DNA of 64,000 bases, from contig OZ237743.1 in the NCBI GenBank assembly GCA_965178125.1, forward strand, positions 620,001 through 684,000, written 5' to 3'. The DNA comes from Bilabrum cf. latius. Taxonomy: Eukaryota. The notes under the pieces are model-generated. The model ran no database searches and was not told the DNA's origin. It saw nothing but the letters and a program-made list of their open reading frames with translations. Positions 1-13,282 of this stretch are shown piece by piece (within the stretch, counting starts at the first letter, position 1; the number at the start of each line of letters is the position of its first letter). The position numbers and the translations under genes were made by a program.

Positions 1-3000
1 TCACACTGTGCCAGGACCAGGGACCGGAGCCTGGGCTGCAGCTCGGCCAGGGCCAGGATCTCGGCCTTGGCGCCCAGCGGGGGCACAGAGGACATGGAGA
101 GCTCCGCCAGCATCCACTTGGGGGCGTGCAGGGGGGAGGGTCCCACCGGCGACATGGCCTCGCTGGGGAACACCATGGCGCGGAGGTCCTTGGATCCGGG
201 TCTCAGCGCCGCATGGTCCCTGTGGCGGCCCCTGCCCCCTGCAGAGCCGTCCCGCCTGGATCCCGTCCATGCCGCCCCCGGGGCATCGGCGCCCGCCCCG
301 CGAGCGGGCCGTGGCGCGGCGTTGGCAGCCGCCTGCCAGTCCGGGTCGAAGCCCCCGGGGCACGACCCCAGGGAACAGCCCTGCTCCATGGACAACAGCC
401 CCGGGCAGCACGTTAGGCCCGCCCACGCCCCCCTCGCGGGGTCGGCGTCCCCCCCCATGGGCACCCCCGAGGGCCCAACCCCTCCCCAGCTGCCGCGGAT
501 GGGGGCGGACGGGGGTCCCAGCGGCGCGTTAGCACCCTGAGGGGCCTCTACCCCCGGGGTGCCGTCCTTGGCCTCGCCGTCTCTCCAGACCTCGGGCTCG
601 GACAGCCAAGCCAGGAGGGCGGGAGGCAGCAGCGGCGCCGACTGCGACCGTCCCAGGGCCACGCCCCAGCCGGCCATGGCACCGACCCCCGCGGCGGCGG
701 GACCCACGGACACGTGCCGCAGCGACCCTCGGCGGATCCCGGCCTGCATGGCCAGCGTGCTGGGCATGCCGTCCACGTGCATGGCGAGGAGCTGCGGCAC
801 CCTCGCTCCGAATGCAAGGGCCGGCCCTTGCGCAGCAGACGGGGACAGCACGGGCAGCCCTACGCACTCGAGCCCGGCCAGCGGGTGCGCCAGCATGAGT
901 GCCACATCGTCCGCGCTGCCGTCCACGATGGACCCGTCGCCCGAAGACACAGACGAAGAAAAGGGTGCTGTCCGACCCGCCGAGGCCCCGCGTCCGTGGT
1001 AGGGAACAACGCTGGGCATGCGGGCCCGCATCAGCTCGCTGACAGCCACCAGATCCACCGGTTCGGCCTCCGTCGCCGTCCCGCCGTCGCAGCGGAAGGC
1101 CCTCAGGTGGGGCGCAGAGGCCAGAGAACACCGCCGCAGCCCGTACCACGACAGCCTCGGGTTGCCGCTAAGGTCCAAGGCAAGCAGCGTTGAGGAGCCC
1201 AGGGAGGACTGCAGCATCTCTTCCGTCAGCATTACGTGCTCGTGCACGGGCGCACCACCCTCGCCATCGTCGTCAACCTCTTCATTGTTGCGGTACTTGA
1301 CCCCGCACGCGAGCGCCAGCGCCTCGGCGGCCCCACTGGGCAGCGAGTTCCGGGCTAGGGACAGCGCCCGCAGCCCCCCGCAGCCGGCCATCACCCCGCA
1401 CCACGCCTCCAGCTCAGGGTGAGTCGCCCGCGCCTCGACCAGCTCTGCGTCGGCCGCTCTCACCTTGAAGGGTGCGGCAACTCCAGCCTGGTCTGCCTTG
1501 TCCCAAGGGGCTCCTTCTTCGCCTGCACCTGTGGCATAGTCCTCCTCGCCTTCCTCTTTCTCCTATTGATGCCGTTCGTCCGCGGCTCGATCGCTGCCGG
1601 GGGCCCCTAGAGCCACAGCCTCCGCCAGGGCGGCTTCCACGCCGGAGCCATCTGCGAGAGAGTGCAGCACACGGTCGTGCGAGGGCGCCGCGGATGCCGC
1701 CACGGCCCCCTTCACACCCCGTGGTGCCGGCAGCAGCCCCGCGAGGTCCAGGGAACGCAGGGACTCCGTTGCGATGCCCCCGTGCCGGAGCGCCTCCGAG
1801 AGCGCGGTCATGGCGCGACCCCACTGCCGGGCACCCTCCGCTCCCGCGCCCCACTGCTTGCAGTCCGTGGGACCCAGCCCGCGACCCCTGGCTGCCTGAA
1901 GTCCCCGCCTGTGCCCCGCTTTGAGCCACAGGCAGAGAGACTCGATCCCAGCCGCGGACAGCCTGCAGTCCCCCGGCCTTGCTATGGACACATCCAGCCA
2001 CGAGGGGCCACCTGGCCCGTAGGACTCGGCACCGCCGCCTTGACCAGCACCAGCAGCCGCAGCCAGCACGGTTCGGAGGCTCTCGTCCGTCGCGCACATG
2101 TTCCTAAGGGCAAGCCGGGTGGGGCAAGCGTCGCCCGCGCAGAGGTCTCGAAGTGCCTCCACCACGCCAGCAGGGGACGCGCTTCCGGTGGCTGCCGTTG
2201 CTTCCCGAGTGCTTGCCCCGGCTCGATCCCCTACGGGGCCTTTCTCTGCAGCCTGACCGCCTGCCATGCAGACCCCCTCTGGGGTGGTGCTACCGCCGCT
2301 GCCGCTGCGCACCTCGAACTCGAGCAGGCGCATCCCGCAGGGAACAAGGTCCCCGTCCTCTGTTCCCTGGCTCAGCTCCTCCGGTGTCAGTGGCCAGGCC
2401 CTCAGGGACCCCTGCAGCACGAGGCCCTGCAGCCTGCCCCCGCCTCTGCCTCTGCCTCTGCCAGCCGCAAAGCAGGACACCAGCCGTCCGACCGCGGCCG
2501 ACTCTTCCTGCAGCCAGCGGCTGGCAGATTCCCGCCCCCTGATTGATGCGGGAGGGCTTCCAATCCCAGCCACCACCAGCTCGGTGAGGTGCGCCATGCT
2601 GCCCGAGAGACGATCCCAACCGCCTGCTCCCTCGATCACGCCGGCGATGCCTCCCTCCGAAAGGCTAGATACGTCCAAGCAAATCGATCGCAGAGACGAA
2701 TGAGCTGATTTTGAGCCATGCTCGCCGGCCGTAGCGGAAGACTCGGAGGCGGCTGCGTGCGGGGACGAGCTGGCTGGTCGCAGGCCCCGCCCTAGCACAA
2801 CGCCGGGCAGCAGCCCGCGCCTGCCGTCTGCCGCAGCACCCGAATCCACGTCTGGGCCGAAATGCACCGAGCCGAGCTCGACGTGCTAGAGCGTGTCCTC
2901 CCGTCGCAACGCCCCCGTTCTCGCTGCGTCCGACCCAGCGGCAGAGTGCAAGAATGACACGGCGTCCAAAACTTCCTGCACAGCCGCGATGGCATCGTCC

Positions 3001-3353
3001 CTGCCCAACCTAGAATCCACGCAAACCCGAGAGAACTGGACTCGCACTGGCCTGAACTTCCGAATCGCTCGTGCCGCGGCTCGAAGATCGCTGGCATCGC
3101 AGCGGGCGCCTCGAACATCAAACGACGACGTGATCCTGGCAGCTAGCCTAGCAAGAGACACTCTACATCCATTTCGAGCCTACCCTGGACGATTCAGAAA
3201 CTTAAAAGCGTCGGATAGAGCAAACGCTTGCTTGCGGTCGCTTGAACTGCTGGCGCTCGACAACCCGCTGCTACTATCGTAATCAAATGCACGGCGACTA
3301 GCGGTGCTACCTTGGTCCTGTGCTGGCGCATTCCAAACTGCCCTTCCTGCCAT
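1..3353 (-). CDS. Host leucine-rich-repeat (RNI-like) protein; 3' end runs off the window
   Basis: Track ORFs 3180..3812, 2886..3161 and 1563..2867 share one frame, separated only by TAG. The frame continues toward position 1 with LRR-like segments (LRSLDLAG, LRALSLARNSL, LLALDLSGNPRLS). Start taken at ATG 3353; 3812 is an alternative. Confidence 0.6.
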
Positions 3354-4114
3354 GAGCGTTGGTAAACTTGGCGAAGAAATAGCCAGAGAGAGGTTCTTGT
3401 CATCATCATCACTCTCGCGGTGCCACAGTGCCACAGTGTGACAAGTTGACTGGTGGAGGCATCCACAGCATGCAGCAGCAACGCCTGTATTGGATCGTCT
3501 GGAGCGCCTCGGCCCATGCCTTCTTACTGGGGGTGTGAAGGAGGGGGCGGCAGGGCACCCGGGTCCTGGGAAGGTGGGCGGGACGGCGGGCGGCACGGGG
3601 GGCACGAGCTCCAGCACAATACATCTTCCCTCTGTGGAGATGGAGGTGATGAACGCGTAAGCGAGAGGCCGAGGAGTGCCAATAGGGTGGAGCAGTTTGG
3701 GGAGAGTGTACCGCAGGAGGCAGACACCGAGCACTGCCAATGCAAGCTGGGCCGCAGCGTCCGGGTGTAGGGCCAAGCAACCAAGTGTCGAGTTGCATGC
3801 TGCCCCCGCCATGATCAGAGTGACAGGGCGTCAGCATGGTCTGTCATATCAACATGCTTAATCATGATAGCGTGCATCGATTGAGTTGAATCACAGACCA
3901 CTTGGTCCCTCCCTGCCTCTGGCGGAGGCGTGCCTGCCGTTGATCCACTCGTACGCTGGGCACTCCGGCTTCCCAGCAGCCAGCGGTCATGGACGACGCA
4001 CCCCAGAGCGTGGGTGCGAGGTTGAGGTTGAGGTTGGGGTTGGGGTTGAGGTTGGGGTTGGGGGGGGGGGCAATCGGTACAAATCGACGCCCGGGACGCT
4101 ATTCGAACCGGCTA

Positions 4115-5100
4115 TCCCGGATCAACACTGGGGTCGGATAAATTTTTCTCCTTTTTTTGTTTTTGTTTTTGTTTTCTTTGTGCTGTTGCTCTGTGCTTCC
4201 AACGCCGATTCGAATGTCAAGGGCCCTCCCTGCCAGCAGTGCTGCGAGTCGATACCCAGTGGCGGGGCACCCGGGCCAAGCTACAGGCCAAGCAGCATCG
4301 CCGTCAGCGGGCGCCGTGTAGGTGTCGGCCGGGCTAGACCATGCATGTGCGCTCCTTGTCGACTCGTCGTGTCGGTGCTGGGGTGAGGGGACCAATGGAC
4401 GGCTAGGGTACGGCGACGAGGTAGATGTCAGTGACCCCTCGTCACGAGCCGACGGTATCACCGTGGGCGTGCGCCAGGACACGAGAGTAGTGCAGATCGC
4501 CGCAGGAGAAGAGCACACGTGCGCAGTCACGATCCACGGGGATGTGCGTTGCTGGGGATTTGGCGACAGAGGTCAGCTTGGTAGTGCAGGAGGCAGCCCG
4601 GCGGACGTGCCCGACCCCTCATTAGAGGTGCTGCCCGTCCAGCTGGATGAGAGGGGGTGCGCCCTCCCTGCTGCGAGTCGATACTCAGTGGCGGGGCACC
4701 CGGGCCGAGTAGCTTGCGAGCACGCCTGGGCTTACGCTCTGGTGCGACGCAATGCCGTGGTTGCGGGCAATATGAGCACAGAGCCTGCACGCGGTGACTC
4801 TGGCCATGCTTTGTCCTCGGAGGAGCCCGAGGCCAGGTGGGCAGCGCTAAGGTCCGACCAGCTCTATGCCTCCAAACCGCGCGTGAGACTGCGAAACACC
4901 ATGATGCAGCCCGCAGTGGTCCGTGCTGCGCCACTGCTGTTCCGATCTAGTTGTCTGACTTGCAGGCCCATCACTCGGCATGGAGGTACGGCACTCCCTC
5001 CACTATTTACGCACCCCAACATTCGAATCGGCGTTGGGAGCACAGAGCAACAGCACAAAGAAAACGAAAAAAAAAGGAGGAAAAAAAGGAGGAAAAAATT
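4115..5100. mobile_element. Foldback/MITE-like repeat, copy A, containing an RCC1 gene fragment
   Basis: Inverted arms ~4140-4217 and ~5018-5100 (TTTTCTTTGTGCTGTTGCTCTGTGCT.CCAACGCCGATTCGAATGT). Internal 4664-5100 is a direct repeat of 12832-13255. Confidence 0.6.
4278..4660 (+). pseudogene. RCC1/BLIP-II beta-propeller fragment (about 2 repeats)
   Basis: V*VSAGLDHACALLVDSSCRCWGEGTNGRLG and VVQIAAGEEHTCAVTIHGDVRCWGFGDRGQLG; no start or stop of its own; flanked by repeat DNA. Confidence 0.8.
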
Positions 5101-5103
5101 CTG

Positions 5104-5313
5104 CAGAGATAAATGAGCTGATTTCGAGCCACGCTCGCCGGCCGTAGCAGAAGACTCGGAGGCGGCTGCCTGCAGGGACGAGCTGGCTGGTCGCAGGCCC
5201 CGCCCTAGCACAACGCCGGGCAGCAGCCCGCGCCTGCCGTCTGCCGCAGCACCCGCATCCACGTCTGGGCCGAAATGCACCGAGCCGAGCTCGACGTGCT
5301 AGAGCGTATCCTC
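5104..5313 (-). repeat. Duplicated ~210-bp internal fragment of the neighbouring LRR gene
   Basis: Near-identical to 2691-2900 (HFGPDVD.GAAADGRRGLLPG...). Confidence 0.9.
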
Positions 5314-5748
5314 AGGTGAAGCCACCTCGAGAAACGATACTCAGTCCACATGACAGCCCTGTCACCTTGCAGTTACGGCGGTGGCAGGGAAGAGACGTGG
5401 TAGGAAGCTGGATGGCAATAGTAGGAGCTTTGGGGGGGGGGGGGGGTAGCTGAAGGAGTCGTTTGGGATGCTGTGGCTCGGGCAGGCTTGCCTGAAGTGG
5501 ACCAGCACCGGCACGCTCGAGACCAGCAGCCAGTATGACCGAGACGAGCGCTGGCGTGCCGGTGGGCCTGATCACCCGCTAGTGGCGCGGCTGTGAACAC
5601 CCCCTCCGCCCCGCTCTGCACTCTGTTGCCGGTTGGCAGGGGTCTTGCCGCCTGTTGGGGCCCATGCCGTGGGGTCACGGTATCGGTTGACCCTCTGCCG
5701 CTATGCACCCAAGTACATGGACGACGCACCCCAGAGCAGGGGGGTGCG
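5311..5748. repeat. Diverged inverted repeat of 13358-13776
   Basis: 5311-5536 matches the reverse complement of 13545-13776; 5670-5748 matches the reverse complement of 13358-13435. Confidence 0.85.
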
Positions 5749-7138
5749 GGGGATGGGGGGAGCAGCAACTACATGGCCGATTTGCACAGGTGAGTGCTGG
5801 GAAGGAGGATCTGCAGTCTCGCTGGCGACGGGGAGCTGTCTTCGGCAACGCTTGGAGCACTTGCTTCATGCTGCGATGAGTCACTGATGACCTTAACGAG
5901 TAGCTTTGTAGGTGTATGCAAAGCGTGTAGTCAGTCCAATCATGCACGACCACCTGCAAGTGCATTCGGGGCATCGAGCCGGAGGCAGCTATGTCGGACG
6001 CCACAGTGAGAACCAATGTAGCGGTGTTGCGCAGCAGCGGCGCAAATAATCGTCCATTGAGACAATCAAGTTTTCTGATAGTGTGTACTTTTGAGTGGCT
6101 CGGTCGACGATCGCGTACGTCAGGTTGGCCGCCTCACTTCGAGGCTAGCTAAACAAGCCACAGCAACCACAGCGAGCGGTACTTTGGTCCTTAGCCAGCC
6201 TACCAGTGACCAACAATGGACAAACATCGTGTGAGTCGAAGCAAAGTGCACAGAATTTGGCAATTTTCGGTCAGCCAGTCCATGCATTCGGTGTTGCGCC
6301 ACGGATGCCGGGACCGAGGCTGGTGCCACGCTGGAAGGCGATATCCCTCCTTCGACCGAACAAGAGCAAAGAACATACGGAAGTTGATTCATTGTAGTCT
6401 TGCGCTCACACGGCGCGCCCAGATCGAGGTGCAAACCCCTCGCACGAGATTCAAACAGGCGGGCGAGCCGTGCGCGCACTGCAACTCGTGCGCCTTTCTG
6501 CTAAATTCGCGAGGGATCTCCTTTCCGCATCCGGTCGTTCGGAATTCATCCTGTCATGTATTGTACAGAGCATGGTATCTCGCCGATTCTATTTCTGCTG
6601 GTGGCTTGTCTCGTCAATTCGACTTTTGGAGCAGGTGCACGGGATCGGCCCGAGCGGCATACGCCACGGACAGACGGTGAGGCATCCACGCTTCACACGT
6701 GGATGCAACATATCATACCTAATTGTGGTATTGATTGTGCCAAGAGATCTACTGACTGTATGGTTCATGAATGCGACCTTCTGCAACATTGGCAACCCTT
6801 GATTGCCGGCGGTGGCATCCTCACCAGAGAGGCTACCGACCAAAACTATCGCTCATCCCCAAAAATACAAGCCTATTTAACTTATTACCGCTTATTAATA
6901 CTTGCAGGGTCCTTTGGGCGGCCATAGGTCGGAATCCGTCCAGAATGGCGCCGAGCCGCAGAGTGGTCGCAACCGCCGGCCTGATGACGAGAAGTCGGTC
7001 GCGCACTCTCCGCGTCCCAGTCCAGCAGATGCACTGCCTGACCTTGACGGATCTCCCCTCGTTCCTGTGAGATAGATTACAGACTACTTCTCTTTGCGCC
7101 ACAGCTAAGAAAATGCGACGTCTTGCCACCCACATGCT

Positions 7139-10100
7139 TTGCCAACCTTCGATCTGCAGCTGCAGCATGGCTCCAAGGCGAAGTCCACTGTTGAGCACCC
7201 GCATCCTCTCGCCAAGGCTTCTGCAAGGGAGCCTTTATCGATCGGTCGTCGCAATGCGAACCAGCAGAAGCAACAAGGAGACGGGAGAGGCCGACGCGAC
7301 GTAAGAGCACCTTTCGGTGCTTCTGACTGGCCATCATCGCCTTTCGGGCAATCCTGCGGACCTTTCTGTAAAGATAAAGGTCCTGATGAAGGCTTGCCTG
7401 GGCAGGCGCCAGCGAGCTCGCTGGCAGCATCGCGAGCATCATCCTCGTCGAGCTCAGCCGCAACGACTGCACCTCCTGCGCCAACTCGAGGCCAAGTCCT
7501 GCGCGGAGCGGGTCAGCATGATGCGCGCAGCGCTGCCATCTGGACGAGCCAGGTGACAGGGTAGCATGGACATCGGGGGTTGGAAAGCTAGCAACCCGCA
7601 CCTGTTCGCGGCGGCCATGCAAGAGCAGGACATCGCGCAGCAGGACGGACGGAGCCTCCCGATGGCGCGAAAGGACGGAGCAGCGTACAGAACGGTATGC
7701 TGAGCTCCGATTCAAGCTCGGGTGTTTCTGTTTCAGAGAGCAGTTGCGCTGGCGACTCGTCCGATTCGGACATCGAGATGATCGTGCACAGCAACCCGCG
7801 CAGGGACCCGCTCGCCGGAGCGGCCGGTGGAAGCGGATCCCTGGAACAGGAGCAAGACTCTCAGTCAATGTCGAAAAAGAGGCGCACTGGTAGTGGTGGT
7901 GTCTTGGCACCCGCCAAGTCAGAAGATGGCTTGCTGCAGGTGAGAGCCGCCCCCCTCCTCCTAGACGTAGGGAAACCGCTTCTTAACCATCTCTGTCCCT
8001 TTCCCTCGTGCAAGATGAACCACAACGCAGAGCGACGGCCAGTCTCGATCCAGCAAGCCGCAAGCCGCACAAGTTTGCCGCCCTGGGCCAGGTAAGGCCG
8101 CACCCGCCCTGCTCACGAAGCACGCCTAGCCCACGCTGCCACCCTGTCGGCTTGCGCACTGCCCACAACGCCACCCACACCGACCCACCCATCTCGCAGA
8201 AGCGTTCATTCGATTTCGTTGCCTCGTAGGCAGCTCGTGGAACAGCGGCTGCGACCGGGTCTCGAGACTCGAAGCAGTCGAGCTAGGCAAGGGGCGCTGC
8301 TGCTGCGGCTGCGGCTGCGGCTGCTGCTGCGAGCACCGTGAGGAGGCCACTTGTCCAGTCGCGTCTGCAATTTGGAGCTCCCGCCCAATCCATGGCCAGC
8401 CAGGGCAGCGCCCGAGTGCCTAGACGCGCGCATCAGCTGTCTGCATCCTCAGCGGCGGCGCAGAGTGCACCGGGCTCGGCGGCGCAGAGTGCACCGGGCT
8501 CGGCACCATCATCCGCGCCCATTTCCGGCATCACCACCGGCGGAGGCGCATCAGGCGGCCTCAGCCCACGCGGGATGGCTCCGACCGAGGCGAGCAGATC
8601 CAGGGCAGCGGCCGTCGGCGGCGGCGAGTCGAACGCGGCTGCCGAGCTGCAGATCGCGGCCCCCGATTCCGAGCTGCAGGACGAGGACGCGGCAATGAGC
8701 GACGTCGTGGAGTACGACGAAGCCATCCTCAGTCAAGACAGCACGGCAGAGGCCGCTGACCCGGGGCGCGGCTCCGCGGAGATGGTGGCTCTCCAGCAGC
8801 TCGCACCGCCGCCGCTGCAGGCCGCTCTGGGCAGCTACCTGACCTTTACCGGGTTCAGCAGGAGCATGACGGAGCAGGAAGGGAACGCAGCTCAGTCCCA
8901 AACGCTTGGTCAGAATGCAGGGAGGCGCACCCGCGCGAGGCAAGACCTGCTCGCAGCGATCGTGCTGGTTGCCATGTCTCGACCCGACGGAGCTGATCCA
9001 GCCGAGGCCGACGAGCACGAGGTCGCAGTCCTCCGCGCAGCTCTGGCGATGGTGTTCTAGTGCGAGGCAGACATGGACGAGGCGGACGGATGGGCAGCGG
9101 CGGTGGACCCCGGGAGCTACCGGTACAACTCGTTCCCCGCGAACGACGATTCGATCATCCGATGGGTGTCCCTGTTCGCCCGAGAGGCAACGATGCAGGA
9201 GCTGGCGTGCCTGGCGGCATGTCACGGCCAAGCCAGGGCTGCAATGGACACCAGACGATCGTTTGCTCCTGCCGAGCACGTGTCCGGTGCTGTGCAGGCG
9301 CTGCTCGCCCACGCAGAAGACCAGTAGGCGGCAGCGTCTTCTAGTTCCAGCGCGGCGAGCGCCATGGAAGAAGAGGAAGACGACGCGACTCAGCCCGCCC
9401 CGTGGCTCGTCGTAGTCCAGGGCCACCACGGGCAGGATTCCGCCTCGGTCGCTAGAGCCCTTCGCACGTCGCCCGACGGGGGCGCCTGCAGTCCGCGCGG
9501 GTAAGCCAGCTTTGTGGACCACGGGCTCGACGTGCTCCTCGCCGCGCTCGACCGAGGAAGGATCGCGCGCATGCCCACGCATCGTCTGGGCGAACAGGAC
9601 CTGCAAGGCGCTGCAGCCGCCAGGCAAGTGCTGCTGGGTCGCGTGCGAGCCAAGCTCCAAGGCTGCAGCAGCGTTGTGGTTGACTGCGCGGCCATCCGAC
9701 GCCTGTCGCCCCACAAAGGTCGTCCGCCGAGCTCCGGTCCCTCGTCGGGCAGCGGATCCTCCGAGTCGCAGCCAGCCAGCATCGACAGCAGCGCGGACGA
9801 GGCGGACCCCGCGCCCGAAGACGCGCGGCTTCAGCCGGCGCGAATGCGCTGCGCGCGAGTCGTGACGGCAATCCACCAGGTCGTCAAGTCCGCGATGGAG
9901 GATGGCCCTGAAGCCGCGGCGCGAGGCCGCGAGGTGCCGCCGATGTGCTTGACGTTGCCCCAGTCTGGCGCTCCCAGCGAGGATGATGCCGCCGGGGAGG
10001 GACGCGATATTCTGCTCCTCGAGACGAGCTCCAGCGAGCTCGAGGCGGACGCGGCCGCCCTTCGAGGCCGTGCGAGACGTCTGGTTGCCGATCACACGGA

Positions 10101-10648
10101 CGAGCAGTCGGCTAGAGGATACATTGTGCGAGCCATCAAAATTCGCATCGCTGACGGCGATGCTGCGGTGCAGACGGTGAGGCGCGACGCACGCATCATC
10201 AACCGCGCCCGGTCCCGCAGGCCGGCATCCCACGCACGCTCTCGCTGCAATTCAATGTCGCACCCTTTTCTTCTCGCAGTCCCGATACAACGGATACGCT
10301 CGATCCTGGCACAGGCCTCCGATCGAGCACGGCGCTACAATCCGGCTAGTGCAGGCCGACCCGGAGGCCGCCAGAGTGCGGCTGCGGGGGACTCACGGAG
10401 GCATGATGCAGGACCGCCTGCAGCGGATGGACATGCCCATCGAGGACTCGACCTTTGTGTTTACGCTGGCAGGCTGCGCGCTCGACGTCTCCGACTACAT
10501 CTGCTCCGAGAGCGACGCGGACGAGGGCGACGGGCACACGTGGGTCCGCATTGCACTGTGCCCAGCAGCTGCCTCGGCGGAGGCGGACGGAGTTGAGGGC
10601 GGGGAGGCGGACGGAGTTGAGGGCGGCGAGGCCGCTCTTCCTCCTCCC

Positions 10649-10691
<43 letters not shown>

Positions 10692-10747
10692 ATGAGGGCG
10701 AGGAGGCGGACGGAGTTGAAGACGAGGAGGCCGCTCTTCTTCCTCCC

Positions 10748-10805
<58 letters not shown>

Positions 10806-12256
10806 ATGAGGGCGAGGAGGCGGACGGAGTTGAAGACGAGGAGGCCGCTCTTCTTCCTCCTCCTGATGCTGCTGGTACTACTGCAGCTGCGCAGGTAGAG
10901 GCAGACGCCTTCAGGCTTGCGCTCGCTCGAGTTCAAGTCGAGCTGGACCCCGAGAGCAGAGGCACCGACTGCATCGTGGCGACAGACTCCGTTCCTGCCG
11001 AACGCAGGGCCGCCACCTGCCGCGAATTGGGGGGCATCTTCAGCCTTTGCCCGAGCTTCAACCAGCAGACGCACGCGCACTGCAACATATCGTCCATTAC
11101 CCTCGGTAGTGCTGGCGCTCTGGCAACGCTCGGCAACGTCGTGCCCATCGGCCACGATGATGCTGTGGCTGGCGCGCACGCGCAGGAGGCGCGCAGGGTC
11201 CAGCGACGCATCGCGAGACTGCTGCAACGGCACAACGTCAACCTGGCCTCGTTGGCTCGAGCCGCGGAGGCGGAAGGCATTTCTGGTCTCACCAGGCGGG
11301 TTCTGGTGTACTACAAGTACGGCCGCACCTCGAGTCCGCGGCAGGCTCGAAGGATGCAGGCCCTGCTCGAGTCACCGGCCGGCACGGCCGTAGTCGAGGA
11401 ATGCAAGCTTGTGTCTGCATCGCTGGCCCAGGTTCAGGAGGCCCGAAGCTTCGTCAGGGCGCGACTGGTGCACGTGCCAATCGAGGTGATCAGAACACGG
11501 GCCTTGCTCGTCCAGCCCCGTGCTGTCCGCCAGCGCCTGCAGCCTCGTGCCTCAAAGCAGTTCGATCGACTGCTTGCGTCCGAGGACTCCAACACGAGGC
11601 TGGAGATCGTTCGCGTCCTCCTGGAATACAAGGCGCACCTCGACCAGGGCAACCCTCCGCCCGATGTCCCTGTGCGGTACGAGAACGAGTACCAGCGGAG
11701 GAAGGCAGTGGCCGAGCAGAACTTCGACCTGGGCTCCGTGGCGCGCCAGGCGCGCTCTGCGTGGTTCTTGGACCAGCTGGTGCAGGCCACCCGAAGAGGT
11801 CGCAGATTTATGGGCCCAATGAACGGGGGACAGGTGCGCAAGCTTGTTGTGGCACACATGCGCAGGGGCGTCCAATACATCAAGGACTGGCGTCAACATG
11901 GCTGGACCGCGAGCCGGTACCGGATCTCGCACCTCGACATCGCCAGGTTGCTTCACGGTGAACCGGGAGGCGGGGTGCCGGGGCAGTACAGGAGGGCGCT
12001 GTTCGACGACATCCGCGGCAGACGACCTAGGATCGCGGACACGGTCATCCCGATGCTGAGAGCCTTCTTCGAGGAGCTGGACCGGAACAGAGAGTTCCAG
12101 CTGGACGCCGCGCTCCCGCGCTCCTTCATTGACGACCCTCACCACGAGGCGGTCCGGATCAGGGGGCGCAATGGCAGGACCTAGCGCCATGCTCAGCTCG
12201 GGGACGACGCCGCTGGGGCTGCGCAAGGAGGCGCCGCCGCAGCGACGCAGGGCTGA
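7139..12256 (+). CDS. Large host protein of unknown function (spliced; 5' end uncertain)
   Basis: ORFs 8338, 9073 and 9514 are one frame joined by TAG. A phase-0 intron at 10177-10279 (GTGAGG...CTCGCAG) joins it to ORF 10349, which reads through TAG 12182 to TGA 12254-12256. Likely further introns near 7940 and 8092-8199. Confidence 0.55.
10578..10870 (+). repeat. Coding tandem repeats (EEADGVEDEEAALLPPP) with (GCT)n poly-Ala tracts
   Basis: Three related units with GCT microsatellites at ~10651-10690 and ~10751-10804. Confidence 0.9.
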
Positions 12257-12668
12257 CCCGCCGCACGCACGCAGCCGCCCCGCCCCGGCCGGGCTGCATG
12301 CAAGGAGGCCGGGGTTTGGAGCCTCGATGGTGATTTGATACGACCAGAATGAATGCTTGTGCGATGCAACTATATTTGCTGCATTTGATGCGATGTCACG
12401 CGATGCTACTCCAACGTGAACCCCCCCTTCTGCTTCTGCAGGCCCCACACTGGAAATGGCGTACTAGGCGGAACAACTTTCACCCTCAAGATATCAATGC
12501 TACAATATAGGGGTATGCAGAACCAGCCTCTGGGCATTGTACCCTGGTACGGCCCAACATTGATATTGATGCATTCAATGATGATGAAGGACAGCTAGGC
12601 AAAATGCAAATCGACTCCTTATAGAATTCATCAATAATATATATTCTTATTTTACTCCATGGTCGCAA

Positions 12669-12740
12669 GTTCGGCTGGCACAATGGTAGCGCGCATCCTT
12701 GACACGGATGAGGTACTGGGATCGATACCCGGGTCGAATA
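12669..12740 (+). tRNA. tRNA-Val(GAC)
   Basis: 72-nt cloverleaf: acceptor GTTCGGC/GTCGAAT, D-loop AATGGTA, anticodon stem CATCC/GGATG with loop TTGACAC (GAC at 12701-12703), T-arm CTGGG-ATCGATA-CCCGG. Oligo-T follows; AT-rich stretch ~30 nt upstream. Confidence 0.85.
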
Positions 12741-13282
12741 GCGAATTTTTCCTTCTTTTTTTTGTTTTTATTTTTCGTTTTCTTTGGGCTGTTGCTCTGT
12801 GCTCCCAACGCCGATTCGAACGTCAAGGGCCCTCCCTGCTGCGAGTCGGTACTCAGTGGCGGGGCACCCGGGCCTAGTAGCTTGCGAACACGCCTGGGCT
12901 TACGCTCTGGTGCGACGCAATGCCGTGGTTGCGGGCAATATGAGCACAGAGCCTGCATGCGGTGACTCTGGCCATGCTTTGTCCTCGGAGGACCCCGAGG
13001 CCAGGTGGGCGGCGCTAAGGTCCGACCAGCTCTATGCCTCCAAACCGCGCGTGAGACTGCGAAACACCATGTAGCCCGCAGTGGTCCGTGCTGCGCCACT
13101 GCTGTTCCGATCTAGTTGTCTGACTTGCAGGCCCATCACTCGGCATGGAGGTAGGGCACTCCCTCCACTATTTACGCACCCCAACATTCGAATCCGCGTT
13201 GGGAGCACAGAGCAACAGCACAAAGAAAACAAAAAAAAAAAGGAGGAAAAAATTCGCTATCCGACCCCGGTGTTGATCCGGG
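12716..13282. mobile_element. Foldback/MITE-like repeat, copy B; the arms include a tRNA 3' half plus trailer
   Basis: Inverted arms ~12716-12823 and ~13184-13282 flank the same core as copy A, without the RCC1 insert. Confidence 0.6.
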
